Part shown: positions 41,283 to 52,796 of the stretch, one piece after another
Numbering within the stretch: position 1 is the first letter of the stretch
Layout of the letters: each line of letters starts with the position of its first letter
The notes under the pieces: model-generated
Database searches by the model: none
Told to the model about the DNA's origin: nothing
The model's input: the letters and a program-made list of their open reading frames with translations, nothing else
Position numbers and translations under genes: made by a program
Source: Patescibacteria group bacterium
Lineage (GTDB): Bacteria > Patescibacteriota > Gracilibacteria > UBA4473
Direction of reading: 5' to 3'
DNA: 64,000 nucleotides
Assembly (NCBI GenBank): GCA_965660445.1
Contig: CBFIAK010000001.1
Coordinates: 96,001-160,000 of the forward strand

Positions 41283-41980
41283 TAGTAAATATAGGGAATA
41301 TCAGGGACAGGGATTATTTCAAAGTCTTCCATTTGAATAAAAAGAGGTTGCGAAAGAGTATCATCTAATAAAAAAGTTCCTGATAAAGAAATCCATGTAT
41401 CAGAAGGAATCTGAATACTGTTATCCGATGATCGAACTCGAAACACAACAGGCCGAGCATCAGCACTACAACAACGAATAAGAAATCGAGCAATATAAAA
41501 ATCTGATCCCAAAACAGTGTCGTCTCGATACACAAAACCTTTCATACGAACGGGTTCATTTTCGTATTGATGAGGATAATCACTCGATCCAATAATATGA
41601 ACCCAATCCGAAAACGTACGCTGAGAGCTATCAATATTGAACTGTACCGGTGATCGAAGCGTTATATGAGAAAGATCCGTATTTATTCCTCGCTGAAGCA
41701 CTGATGCACTCGAAAGTGGGCGAGGTGGTATAAAAAACGCAAGGAAAAACAGAAACGAGAAACCGATTATTTCTAAACGTTCAAACGGAATAAAAAACGT
41801 AGATTTTGTACGGATACTCCACAATAAAAACAAACTCAAAGCACAAAATAGAATCCCGCTTATACTCACAAGGATATTAAACCGTGGAAGAATATAAAAC
41901 GCTAAATCTCCCGCAAGCCATAGTTTCAAAAACCAAAGCCCAAGTAATAAGAAAACGAAAGCAACAAGGAATCGTTTCAT
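41282..41980 (-). CDS. TIGR03943/YcgQ-like membrane protein
   Basis: YILPR, GFVYRD, ARFLIRCCSADA, DTWISLSG, PYIY. Confidence 0.87.
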   Translation of the reverse strand: MKRFLVAFVFLLLGLWFLKLWLAGDLAFYILPRFNILVSISGILFCALSLFLLWSIRTKSTFFIPFERLEIIGFSFLFFLAFFIPPRPLSSASVLQRGINTDLSHITLRSPVQFNIDSSQRTFSDWVHIIGSSDYPHQYENEPVRMKGFVYRDDTVLGSDFYIARFLIRCCSADARPVVFRVRSSDNSIQIPSDTWISLSGTFLLDDTLSQPLFIQMEDFEIIPVPDIPYIY

Positions 41981-42879
41981 TACCAGAAAAATATATCAAA
42001 AGTATAGGTCCAGAAAAATACAATTGCAAAAACAAGAAGCGTCAGATACACCAATGCTTTCGTCGTATAAGCCGTTTTCATAAGAAGTAAAGCTTTTATA
42101 TCAATCATCGGGCCAAAAACAAGAAAAGCAACAAGGCTCGCTGGGCTAAACTGGTGTGCATACGCAAGAGCAAAAAATGCATCCGTAGTTGAACAAATAG
42201 AGATCACAAATGCCAACCCCATCATCGCTAAAATTGAAAGAATGGGTGTTTGAGCAATAGAAACAATCATTTCACGAGGAAAAAATGCTTGCATACTCGC
42301 AGCAACAAAAGCTCCAAAAATCATAACACTTGCCATATGTAAAAATTCTGAAGACGTATGAACAAAAAGGGTTTGAATTTTTGACCACAGTGGTTGAGAA
42401 GTATGACTATGAGTACAGCAATCTTGGTCGTTCGAGAACTCTTTTCGAACAATTTCTTCTGAAGGTGCCATAGAAAACAAACTCCCTACAACAGTAGCAA
42501 CAAAAAAACCAAGAATAATACGCCCCCACCAAATAATAGGCGTATCTGGGAACGCAACAATGGTCGTAATAATAACGATAGGATTTAAAATAGGAGCTCC
42601 GAGTAAAAAACTAATTGAAGCACCTGCTGGTATATTTTTTCGAATCAATTGTCGAGCCACTGGTACGTTTCCACACTCACAAACAGGAAAAAACATGCCC
42701 CACAAACTCACACTCGCACATCCCAAAATTGGGTTTTTAGGAATATAAGACAGTGCTGTTTCCGTTCGAACAAACACATGAATATAAGAAGAAACCAGAC
42801 TCCCCAAAAGAATAAAAGGGAATGCTTCAATAACGATTCCTAAAAACAAAGTGACTCCATCATAAAATGCTGTAGGCAT
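41980..42879 (-). CDS. DUF318/YcgR-like permease
   Basis: EAFPFILLG, PVCECGNVP, SICSTTDAF, GPMIDIK. Confidence 0.9.
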   Translation of the reverse strand: MPTAFYDGVTLFLGIVIEAFPFILLGSLVSSYIHVFVRTETALSYIPKNPILGCASVSLWGMFFPVCECGNVPVARQLIRKNIPAGASISFLLGAPILNPIVIITTIVAFPDTPIIWWGRIILGFFVATVVGSLFSMAPSEEIVRKEFSNDQDCCTHSHTSQPLWSKIQTLFVHTSSEFLHMASVMIFGAFVAASMQAFFPREMIVSIAQTPILSILAMMGLAFVISICSTTDAFFALAYAHQFSPASLVAFLVFGPMIDIKALLLMKTAYTTKALVYLTLLVFAIVFFWTYTFDIFFW

Positions 42880-42888
42880 AGAATGAGG

Positions 42889-43389
42889 TTAAAAAAGAAA
42901 AAAAGAAAGCGCCATTCCAATCATCAATAAGTCTTCAATAATAGTAATAACACTCATAGGAAGCTGAAACCCTACCCCCAAGCAAGCACATTGTATGGTT
43001 TGTTTTCCGAGCACACTTTTACAAACCCCGATAATACTTATACCCAAAACAAAAAGAACCGCTCCATGCAGGTAAGGATGATTAATACCTCGTAAATACA
43101 AAACTCCAAAAACAAGTTCTATAAAAGGATAAATCCATGCCCAAAAAGGAATGTATTTCGATGGAATATCGTATCGTTTATAGGCGTTCACAAACCCAGG
43201 CAAATCAAGAAGTTTAAAAAAGGAGAAAACAAGAAAAAATAATCCCATAAAATCGCTCATCCACAATACTGAGCTCCCGCGAATCCATGATAAATGACCA
43301 ACACCTCCGATAATAAAAAGAAGAATCAGAAATAAGGGGAAATAAGTTTTTAACGAACGTTTTGGCAACTCAGTTGATGTATGATCCAT
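42889..43389 (-). CDS. MauE/DoxX-like membrane protein
   Basis: FSFFKLLDL, YPFIEL, IQCACLG, TIIEDL. Confidence 0.8.
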   Translation of the reverse strand: MDHTSTELPKRSLKTYFPLFLILLFIIGGVGHLSWIRGSSVLWMSDFMGLFFLVFSFFKLLDLPGFVNAYKRYDIPSKYIPFWAWIYPFIELVFGVLYLRGINHPYLHGAVLFVLGISIIGVCKSVLGKQTIQCACLGVGFQLPMSVITIIEDLLMIGMALSFFLF

Positions 43390-43440
43390 AGAGAAAAATA
43401 CTAAAAATATAGGCCAAGTATAGATTGTGTTTTTGAAAAA

Positions 43441-45387
43441 TCAAAATGTTCGTCCGGCTTTCTGCACAGATTCAAGAAGTGATTGCGGATTCGGATCTCG
43501 ATGCATATACGCACGAAAAAGGTCTGCACTTGATTTTGATGATCCTTGCGATAAAAATGCATCATAATAATGCGTTCCATTTTCGCGTGTAAATCCACGT
43601 GATTGAAATTCTGAATACGCATCAATACTGAGTACTTCAGCCCATTTATAACTATAATATCCAGCACTATATCCACCTGAAAATATGTGCTGAAACGAAC
43701 ACTGAAACTTATTCCATGACGGATAAGAGATATTCAATTCTGACCGAACAGTATCAAGTACTGTTTGTACATCTTGAGCAGAAGCAATAACCTGTGTATG
43801 AATACGCATATCAAAAAGAGCAAACTCTAATTGTCTTATGGTCGCATTTCCTTCCCAAAAAACACGCTGTTTCTCAAGCTTTGAAAGGAGTTCTTGAGGA
43901 ATTGGTTCATGTGTTTTATAATGACGAGCAAAGTTTTTTAAAAGTGAAGGTTCAAAACAAAACCCTTCTAAAAACTGAGAACTCCACTCTACAGTGTCCC
44001 ACTCAACACCTTCAATACCACTTACTGTAATATCTGATTGTTCACTACAAATATGCTGCAATACATGTCCCATTTCATGAAAAAGAGTGACGACTTCAGT
44101 ATGGGTTAAGAGCGATGGTAAGGTATGAGTGGAAGGCGTAAAATTAGCCGTTATAAAAGCAATTGGTAAATCTTTTTGATGATCAGAGTAAGCGTATCCA
44201 GTGGTCATATGACTCATCCATGCTCCCTCACGCTTATTTTCACGAGCGGTAAGATCCATATACACTCTTGCTTTTAGCTGATTATCTTTCCAGACATCAA
44301 AACACTGTACATCTTCTTCCCACGTTTCAACATTTGTATTTTCTTCAAACCGAAGACCAAACAGATGAAGCAAAATATCAAATAGTCCTTTTTGAACCGC
44401 TTGTCTTTCAAAATAAGGACGAATCTCATTTTCATCAAATTGCAGTGACCCTTTCTTGTATTGTTCTACAAAATAAGCTCTATCCCATTGCTGTAAGTCA
44501 AGAATACCTGAGTGAGATTCTGCAAATAATTGTAGATACTCATTTTCTTGGTCACGTAACGGTAAGAAATCTTTTTTCACTTTATCGAGAAAATCAAACA
44601 CATCTTGAGGCTTATCTGCCATCTTAAAGACGAGTGATAAATCGGCATAGGTTTTAAACCCTAATAATCGTGCTTTTTCTTGGCGAAGCGTTAGTATTTT
44701 TTCGATAATTGGCTCGTTATCAATTGCTCTTGTACTATACGCTTTATAGAGTTTTTCACGCACAGACCGATTATTTCCGTATCTCATATAAGCCATATAA
44801 GAAGGAGCTTGAAGGGTGAATCGGTATCCATCTTTGTCTTTATGCCGAGCTCTTTCATCTTCTGGAAAATCTTGAACATCTTCTTCTGAGACGGTAATGG
44901 AAAAAGCGGCGGTATCACGAATCACATTTTGAGTAAATGTATGTGATAGGTCTGACAGTTCCGCGTTTATTGATTTGAGTCTATTTTTCGTGGTTACATC
45001 AAGCCCGATTCCTTTCAGGCGAAATTGCTGAAGTATATGGGTAATAAAACGGTTTTGATAAGGAAGTAAATCTTGAGACAGCAGTGATTCAAACGCCTTA
45101 TAAAGGTCTTCTCGCTGGGCAAGCGTGTCATACCATTCTGATTCAATGCGCAATGATTGAGCTTCTAGTTCTTGAATTTTATCGGTTGATTTAACGGCAC
45201 TTATATGATGCAGTCGAAAAGTAAACTCATGAATAGATTCAAGAATAAGAGCATATGGGGTTACAAACTCATCCCAGGTAAAGAGAGATTGTTCAAGAAG
45301 ATGGTCAATAGACTGAGTAGATTGCTTTAAAAATGTAGTTAAATCTGTTATATATGTGGGATAATGGGGTTCTTGGAAAGACTTCAT
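43441..45387 (-). CDS. prlC: M3 family oligopeptidase A
   Basis: KREGAWM, TLFHEMGH, FQHIFSGGYSAGYYSYKWAEVL. Confidence 0.9.
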   Translation of the reverse strand: MKSFQEPHYPTYITDLTTFLKQSTQSIDHLLEQSLFTWDEFVTPYALILESIHEFTFRLHHISAVKSTDKIQELEAQSLRIESEWYDTLAQREDLYKAFESLLSQDLLPYQNRFITHILQQFRLKGIGLDVTTKNRLKSINAELSDLSHTFTQNVIRDTAAFSITVSEEDVQDFPEDERARHKDKDGYRFTLQAPSYMAYMRYGNNRSVREKLYKAYSTRAIDNEPIIEKILTLRQEKARLLGFKTYADLSLVFKMADKPQDVFDFLDKVKKDFLPLRDQENEYLQLFAESHSGILDLQQWDRAYFVEQYKKGSLQFDENEIRPYFERQAVQKGLFDILLHLFGLRFEENTNVETWEEDVQCFDVWKDNQLKARVYMDLTARENKREGAWMSHMTTGYAYSDHQKDLPIAFITANFTPSTHTLPSLLTHTEVVTLFHEMGHVLQHICSEQSDITVSGIEGVEWDTVEWSSQFLEGFCFEPSLLKNFARHYKTHEPIPQELLSKLEKQRVFWEGNATIRQLEFALFDMRIHTQVIASAQDVQTVLDTVRSELNISYPSWNKFQCSFQHIFSGGYSAGYYSYKWAEVLSIDAYSEFQSRGFTRENGTHYYDAFLSQGSSKSSADLFRAYMHRDPNPQSLLESVQKAGRTF

Positions 45388-45488
45388 ATCGAAAAAAATA
45401 AATCAGAACTTATTGTAAACGAAAAAAACAAAATAGAAAAAAAAGAAAAAATAAATATACTCTTTGTTGTAATTCTTCTTTTTTTCTT

Positions 45489-46124
45489 ATGACACAAACG
45501 ATTATTATTCTTCATGGTTCTCCTGAAGTAGAAAGCAATTCAAGTACAATGGCTCATGAATTTGCACAAGCCATACTAAAGGAATCGCCATCAACACTTA
45601 TAGAGCATGTCTATTTACGGGATATTCCATTTGAATACTATTCATATAAAGCAAAAACACCTCTTGAGTCAGAAACAGAATTTAAAACACTCACTGATAA
45701 AATACAAAGAGCTGATGCACTTGTTATTGCAACACCGGCTTATAATTTTAGCGTACCAGCAAAACTAAAAAACTTCATTGATCGTATAGGATTTTTTGCA
45801 CTTGATTACACAAAAAAAACAAAACTTGGACAACCTCGACCACAGCTACAGTATTTACGTACATTTTTTCTCGTATCAGGCGGAACTCCTTGTGCGATGA
45901 AAAAATGCTTATTTTTTCTTTTTCCTGATTTTTGGTTATGGGCAATATTTCAATACTATGGAGCAAAAACATATGGGTCTTTATATGGAGGAAATTTGAG
46001 CTATACGACTCCCGCAAAAAAAGATTTAGATCTCTTAAAAAAGTGTCAAGAATGCGGAAAATCGTTCATTCGAAAAGTAGAAAAAAACATCAAATCTAAA
46101 AAAGAGCAAAAAAGTGAAAAATAA
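45489..46124 (+). CDS. NAD(P)H-dependent FMN reductase / flavodoxin-fold protein
   Basis: HGSP...NSS, ADALVIATPAYNFSVPAKLKNFIDR. Confidence 0.87.
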   Translation: MTQTIIILHGSPEVESNSSTMAHEFAQAILKESPSTLIEHVYLRDIPFEYYSYKAKTPLESETEFKTLTDKIQRADALVIATPAYNFSVPAKLKNFIDRIGFFALDYTKKTKLGQPRPQLQYLRTFFLVSGGTPCAMKKCLFFLFPDFWLWAIFQYYGAKTYGSLYGGNLSYTTPAKKDLDLLKKCQECGKSFIRKVEKNIKSKKEQKSEK

Positions 46125-46126
46125 AT

Positions 46127-46155
46127 TTGACAAACAAAGACGTTCTTCCTACAAT
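46127..46155 (+). promoter_or_regulatory. rRNA promoter
   Basis: TTGACA-17 nt-TACAAT about 190 nt upstream of 16S. Confidence 0.8.
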
Positions 46156-46342
46156 CTCGTGGCTTTTGATAAAGAAGCATTTATTGAAGAAGCTCTTTTT
46201 CATTTCGAACGCAGCAAAAAAAACAAACATTTTTTTGTGTTAAAAAACATTACAGATAATTCTGTGAGATAACAAAACAAGTACGTATGCATTAATTATT
46301 CCAATGCATACATAGTTAGAAGAAAAATTTTCTTTAAAAATA

Positions 46343-47830
<1,488 letters not shown>

Positions 47831-47990
47831 CCAGAAGGCTCAAGGTATTCCGACGTCTTTCTTAATTTGTCGGAGAAAAGCAATAGTTTCTTTTTTCGGA
47901 AATGTTGTTCTATTGTGTAAATCCCTTTAGGTCACTGCGTTCGAAGTGAAAGAGAGTTTTCTTTATATAAAAAAACTCAGAATTCAAACC

Positions 47991-48025
47991 AAAAAAATCA
48001 CAAAGTGTTACTTTGTGATTTTTTT
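47991..48025 (+). terminator. Intrinsic terminator after 16S
   Basis: AAAAAAATCACAAAGT-gtt-ACTTTGTGATTTTTTT. Confidence 0.8.
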
Positions 48026-48075
48026 GTGATTCCTAATTCATACTTTTAAATCTCTGATATTGAAGATAAAAAATA

Positions 48076-48455
48076 GAGACCGGTCTCTGTTTTAAGAAAA
48101 AGGAACAATCATAAGGCTGTGCACCACCTTGTGATTCCTGCGCTTCTTGCGATTTTACCAAGATTCAAGATTCCAGATTCTCATTTAGATTCTAGATTCT
48201 AAAACAATATTATAAAATGATTTCAAAAAAACAAAAAAACGCACAACAAAGCCAAAAGTTGGAGACCGGTCTCTAACTTTTGGCTTAAATAAAGCATTCG
48301 GCATGTCAAATTCCCAAGCTTCTATTATTTTTTAATCTATACCTGCTCAAAATGGAGACCGGTCTCTGTTTTAAGAAATAAGGAAAAATCATAAGGCTGT
48401 GCACCACCTTGTGATTCCTGCGCTTCTTGCAATTTTACCAAGGTTCAAGATTCCA
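48076..48455. repeat. Two ~100-bp direct repeats and a 38-bp palindrome, all containing GAGACCGGTCTC
   Basis: Copies at 48076-48175 and 48355-48455; palindrome at 48249-48286. Confidence 0.85.
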
Positions 48456-48528
48456 TGTAGCTTCTGCGATTCCCCATAATTCATAATTCCTACTTCATAC
48501 TTTACACTTCATACTCTATACTACAACC

Positions 48529-49614
48529 ATGAAACGAATAGCAATTATTATGGCAGGAGGGTCTGGTGAGCGGTTTTGGCCGTTATCAAGAAAATCACAT
48601 CCCAAACAACTCCTCCCTCTCGGACAAACTGAAAATACTATGCTTCAAGAAGCAGTTGATCGCATAAGAGGCATCATTGAACCAGAAGACATCTTCATCG
48701 TCACCTCTGAAATTCTACAGAAACCCATTCAAGACAGCTTCGCAATTCCAAAAGAAAATGTTATTGCTGAACCGTATAAACGAAATACTGCATCATGTCT
48801 TGCCCTTGGGGTTTCCTATGTACTAGCACGCTATAAAGACTCTCATATATCAGTAGCTGTTTTAACAGCTGATCATATTATACAAACCACTGATCAGTTT
48901 CAAAGCACAGTCACAAGAGCTTTGCAATATGCCGAAGAAAATAAAAAAATTACTATTATTGGCATCCCTCCTACCCGACCAGAAACTGGGTATGGATACA
49001 TAGAAAAAGGAAATCTTTTAACGACAGATCAAGAAAAAATATATAGAGTCCTTCAGTTTCGAGAAAAACCAAACGAAATAACGGCTGAAAAATATGTAGA
49101 AAATGGAAACTTTTTATGGAACTCTGGAATGTTTTTCTTTCCTATTGAAACTTTTATAAAAGAATTTCAAACACATCTACCAGAAATTGGAAATTATATA
49201 CAAACTCTTTCGCAAACGTATAGAAATAATAACGTATCTCAACGGAATGAAATATTTCGAATTTTTCCTGATATATCGATCGATTTTGGAGTAATAGAAA
49301 AATCACAATCAGTTGTTATGACTCCTGCTGATTTTCAATGGGATGACGTGGGGGACATAAACTCTATAGAAAGAACAAAAAAAACAGATAAAAATGGAAA
49401 CATCACCATTGGTGCACATTCAATTATCAAGTCTCATAATTGTATTCTTATAAATCAGAGTCGTAATGAAAAAATAGTTGCAACCGTTGGTATGCATAAT
49501 ACCGCTATTATTCTTACCGACGATGCCGTATTGGTTTGCAATCGAAATGATGTACAAAACATAAAAAAAGCCGTAGCAGATATACGAAAAAACTACGGAG
49601 AACAGTATCTTTAA
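48529..49614 (+). CDS. manC: Mannose-1-phosphate guanylyltransferase
   Basis: IMAGGSGERFWPLSR..PKQ, EPYKRNTA, PETGYGYI, FREKP, WNSGMF, WDDVG. Confidence 0.92.
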   Translation: MKRIAIIMAGGSGERFWPLSRKSHPKQLLPLGQTENTMLQEAVDRIRGIIEPEDIFIVTSEILQKPIQDSFAIPKENVIAEPYKRNTASCLALGVSYVLARYKDSHISVAVLTADHIIQTTDQFQSTVTRALQYAEENKKITIIGIPPTRPETGYGYIEKGNLLTTDQEKIYRVLQFREKPNEITAEKYVENGNFLWNSGMFFFPIETFIKEFQTHLPEIGNYIQTLSQTYRNNNVSQRNEIFRIFPDISIDFGVIEKSQSVVMTPADFQWDDVGDINSIERTKKTDKNGNITIGAHSIIKSHNCILINQSRNEKIVATVGMHNTAIILTDDAVLVCNRNDVQNIKKAVADIRKNYGEQYL

Positions 49615-49628
49615 TTAAAAAAGTTTTT

Positions 49629-50912
49629 CTATACAGCAACAATAGCCAATATTCCCATAAATACACTGAGGAATATACCAAAGAATACTCGTTTTAAGAG
49701 CGATTTATCAGCAATAAAAAATACAAAAATAGTTTTCGTAATTGTATTCATAAAGAGCGCAATCATAAGTGCGTTTTTCGCAATATCTAAAGACAAAGTT
49801 CCTGATTTGAGAGCTTCTAAACTAGAAAGAACAATCGAATCAATATCAAACACTCCTGAAAATACAGCCGCCATATACACCCCCAAAGACCCAAGATATT
49901 GTTTCCCAATAGCTAAAGCGAGTAAGACGAGACAAAAAACAAGACCAAACTTTAGAGCAGGAAGAATTTCAAATGGACTTTGTAATTTCATAAACTCTTC
50001 TTTTTTTAGTGTTTCTATATGTTTTCCTCTATTCGCAAAAAAACAAAAATATGTTCCCACCATATAACTCATTAAAGACATAAACACAGGCACAAGTATA
50101 AAACTCTTCATATCAGTCGTCCCTAAAAAATAAACAACCACCGCTACACGCATTTGCATTGTTGCGATAGCAATAAGAATTCCTCCCGATAATACGTTTG
50201 GAAAATGAAATTTCTTTGATAAGTGAGAGAGAGAAAGTGTCACCGCTAAGCTTGAAGTCAATGACCCTAAAAACCCAACCAATGGAATACCGCCCTTGAG
50301 ACCTAAATATTTTAAAAGAAAATACCCAAAAAATCCAATACCCGATATTAAAACGACTAAAAACCAAATATTAAAAGGGATAATGACTCCCCACGGATCA
50401 ATCGCTTCTCGCGAAAGAAGTGGCAGAACAAATACTGAAATAAGACTGAGTTGTAATGCACCTGACCATTCTTGAGTAGTGAGAGTTTGAATAAAATTGT
50501 GTAATGAGTATTTATACGCATTGATCAGTGACAAGAAAAGAACAATCGAAACAGCCAAAAACAATCCTTCATCACCAGATCCAACCAGAACACCAACCCA
50601 AAACACACAAAAAGCAGTCAGTTCTGTTGTAATTCCTTGAATCCCCATTTTAAACCGTGCATGATAATAGGCAATAGCCATAAGAATAACAAACGCAACA
50701 AAAAAATACAGAGGAAGAAATGGGACACTCGGAATAAATGTGGAAAGGGTTCCACAAAAAGCAACAAGAAATAATGATCGAAAACCCATAAACTCGTGGT
50801 GTACAGAATACCTCTTTGTATCCAATTCTCGTCGAATTCCCAAAAACCCACCCAAAAGACCAGATAAAATGAGTTGTATAATCGGGTTTTGAAACGATAA
50901 AATTTCAACCAT
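49629..50912 (-). CDS. MgtC/SapB-DUF4010 family membrane protein
   Basis: LGIRRE, GFRS, GITTE, VVLISGIGFFGY; multi-TM. Confidence 0.82.
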   Translation of the reverse strand: MVEILSFQNPIIQLILSGLLGGFLGIRRELDTKRYSVHHEFMGFRSLFLVAFCGTLSTFIPSVPFLPLYFFVAFVILMAIAYYHARFKMGIQGITTELTAFCVFWVGVLVGSGDEGLFLAVSIVLFLSLINAYKYSLHNFIQTLTTQEWSGALQLSLISVFVLPLLSREAIDPWGVIIPFNIWFLVVLISGIGFFGYFLLKYLGLKGGIPLVGFLGSLTSSLAVTLSLSHLSKKFHFPNVLSGGILIAIATMQMRVAVVVYFLGTTDMKSFILVPVFMSLMSYMVGTYFCFFANRGKHIETLKKEEFMKLQSPFEILPALKFGLVFCLVLLALAIGKQYLGSLGVYMAAVFSGVFDIDSIVLSSLEALKSGTLSLDIAKNALMIALFMNTITKTIFVFFIADKSLLKRVFFGIFLSVFMGILAIVAV

Positions 50913-50954
50913 CTCTTTATTATACCCGAAAAAAGAAAAAATAGAAAGCAAAAA

Positions 50955-51290
50955 TCACTCTGTATCCGAAAAATCAAGTGCTTGCTTCACACGATCAAGA
51001 GCTGATAATACTTCTTTATACGATTTTTGTGCATCAGACAACGCTGATTGAACTTCCGAAACACGTGCCGCCCCTGAATCTTTTGCTGCAGAAAGGTTGC
51101 GAGAAAGGTCTTGAATCGTTGTTTCAAGTTCTTGTTTTTTTTGTTCTAATTCTGACACATTTGCTGAAGCGACAAACGTTTGAATTTGTTCAACGTTTGG
51201 AATATCTGGCACAGAAAAAGACGCATCGTCTGAACCAAAAACCATCCAAATCCCAATTCCAACCAAAAAAGCTATAATGAGAGAAAACAT
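50955..51290 (-). CDS. Hypothetical membrane-anchored coiled-coil protein
   Basis: N-terminal TM followed by heptad-like region. Confidence 0.6.
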   Translation of the reverse strand: MFSLIIAFLVGIGIWMVFGSDDASFSVPDIPNVEQIQTFVASANVSELEQKKQELETTIQDLSRNLSAAKDSGAARVSEVQSALSDAQKSYKEVLSALDRVKQALDFSDTE

Positions 51291-51293
51291 AGA

Positions 51294-51641
51294 CTATGGA
51301 AGAAATAATTTTCGTACGTCACGATCATGAAAATTTTTAAGAGAATGCATAATATCTTCTACATTTTTAGGAGAGACTTGTGGACGAGGAAGCGCTGATC
51401 TTACTTTGTTGTACATTTTTGGAAGCAATATCCGAAACATAGTATCTGGAATATGTTCTTGAATATCAGCACAAATAGATATTTGCGCCCCACAGTTTTT
51501 ACAAGGCACAAATATATCGGCTTGAGTCTCTTGGACGTTTTTTACTTCCAAAACGTCCTCACTCAGCAATTCTGAGCAACGAGGGCACGGCACATCAGTT
51601 AAAATGGTTTCAATGATATGCTCTAAATAAACAAGCTTCAT
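51294..51641 (-). CDS. Hypothetical zinc-ribbon protein
   Basis: CPRC...CKNC. Confidence 0.65.
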   Translation of the reverse strand: MKLVYLEHIIETILTDVPCPRCSELLSEDVLEVKNVQETQADIFVPCKNCGAQISICADIQEHIPDTMFRILLPKMYNKVRSALPRPQVSPKNVEDIMHSLKNFHDRDVRKLFLP

Positions 51642-51732
51642 CAGTTTGTATTGTAATTAAATTTTAAAAATTGCAAATCGAAAGAGTGGTTCTTGAATTT
51701 TTTTTTGTTTTTATCACAATAGGCGTGATTTC

Positions 51733-52788
51733 ATGATTATTCAATCTCTTTCTTCGGTACGAAATACAATAAACCAGATACTCCACTCTCCATTTGGACT
51801 GCAGTTGAGCATCCTTTCGCTTTTTGTTTTGTTTTTAACCAGTTTTCAACCGACATACTTTTTTTGGAATAAAACACCGTTCGGAGACAGTTTGTTTTTT
51901 CAACAAGAACGAATATTCACCATTACAGAAACTGGATTTATTGATAATTTTGCACAAGTTCAAAACACAGGGATTCAAGAAATAACAACCGATGAAGACG
52001 GTAACTTAGTCGCACAAAGAAAACCAAGAAACACCACAAAAGCTCTTGATTACACCGTCAAATCAGGAGACACTCTTTTAAAAATTAGTCATAAATTTGG
52101 TCTGAATGTCTCAACGCTGTTATGGTCAAACAATCTTACTATTAAAGAAACGATAACTCCCGGACAAATACTCACTATTCCTCCTGCTGATGGCGTTTAT
52201 TACACCGTAGAATTGGGAGACACATTAAGTGAAATCGCACAATTACATGATATTAGAGTGCAAGACATCTATCAATATAACGATTTAAATAATGAAGGGA
52301 CTATTCATAGAGGAAAAGAATTATTCTTACCCGATGCAAAAAAGATTTATATTGAACACACACCGTTTCAATCACCGATTCGAAGTGTTGCTTCCGCTCC
52401 ACCAACACTTTCTTCTACGGGACTCAAACTCAAAAAACCAACAACGGGTATCATAACACAAGGGGTTCACGCCGGACACACCGCAATAGATATTGCCAAT
52501 AGTATGAATACGCCTATTTATTCAGCACAAGCTGGAAAAGTTGTCACCGCTGCAGGAGGGTGGAATTATGGATACGGAAATCATGTTATTATTGATCATG
52601 GAAACAATATCCAAACACTTTATGCCCATTTAAATAGTTATAACGTGAAAGTAGGACAACAAATAAAAACTGGTGAACTCATTGGAAAAATGGGAAATAG
52701 TGGAAACGTGATCGGCCCGACAGGAATTCATTTGCATTTTGAAGTCCGAATCAATGGACGAAAAATGAATCCGAATAATTATTTCTAA
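51733..52788 (+). CDS. LysM x2 + M23 peptidase
   Basis: YTVKSGDTL, YTVELGDTL, HTAID, YAHL, HLHFEV. Confidence 0.92.
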   Translation: MIIQSLSSVRNTINQILHSPFGLQLSILSLFVLFLTSFQPTYFFWNKTPFGDSLFFQQERIFTITETGFIDNFAQVQNTGIQEITTDEDGNLVAQRKPRNTTKALDYTVKSGDTLLKISHKFGLNVSTLLWSNNLTIKETITPGQILTIPPADGVYYTVELGDTLSEIAQLHDIRVQDIYQYNDLNNEGTIHRGKELFLPDAKKIYIEHTPFQSPIRSVASAPPTLSSTGLKLKKPTTGIITQGVHAGHTAIDIANSMNTPIYSAQAGKVVTAAGGWNYGYGNHVIIDHGNNIQTLYAHLNSYNVKVGQQIKTGELIGKMGNSGNVIGPTGIHLHFEVRINGRKMNPNNYF

Positions 52789-52796
52789 ACCCATTT

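Noticed and set aside
48076-48455. Possible CRISPR array
   Set aside because: Only two long repeats plus one palindrome, irregular spacing, no cas genes
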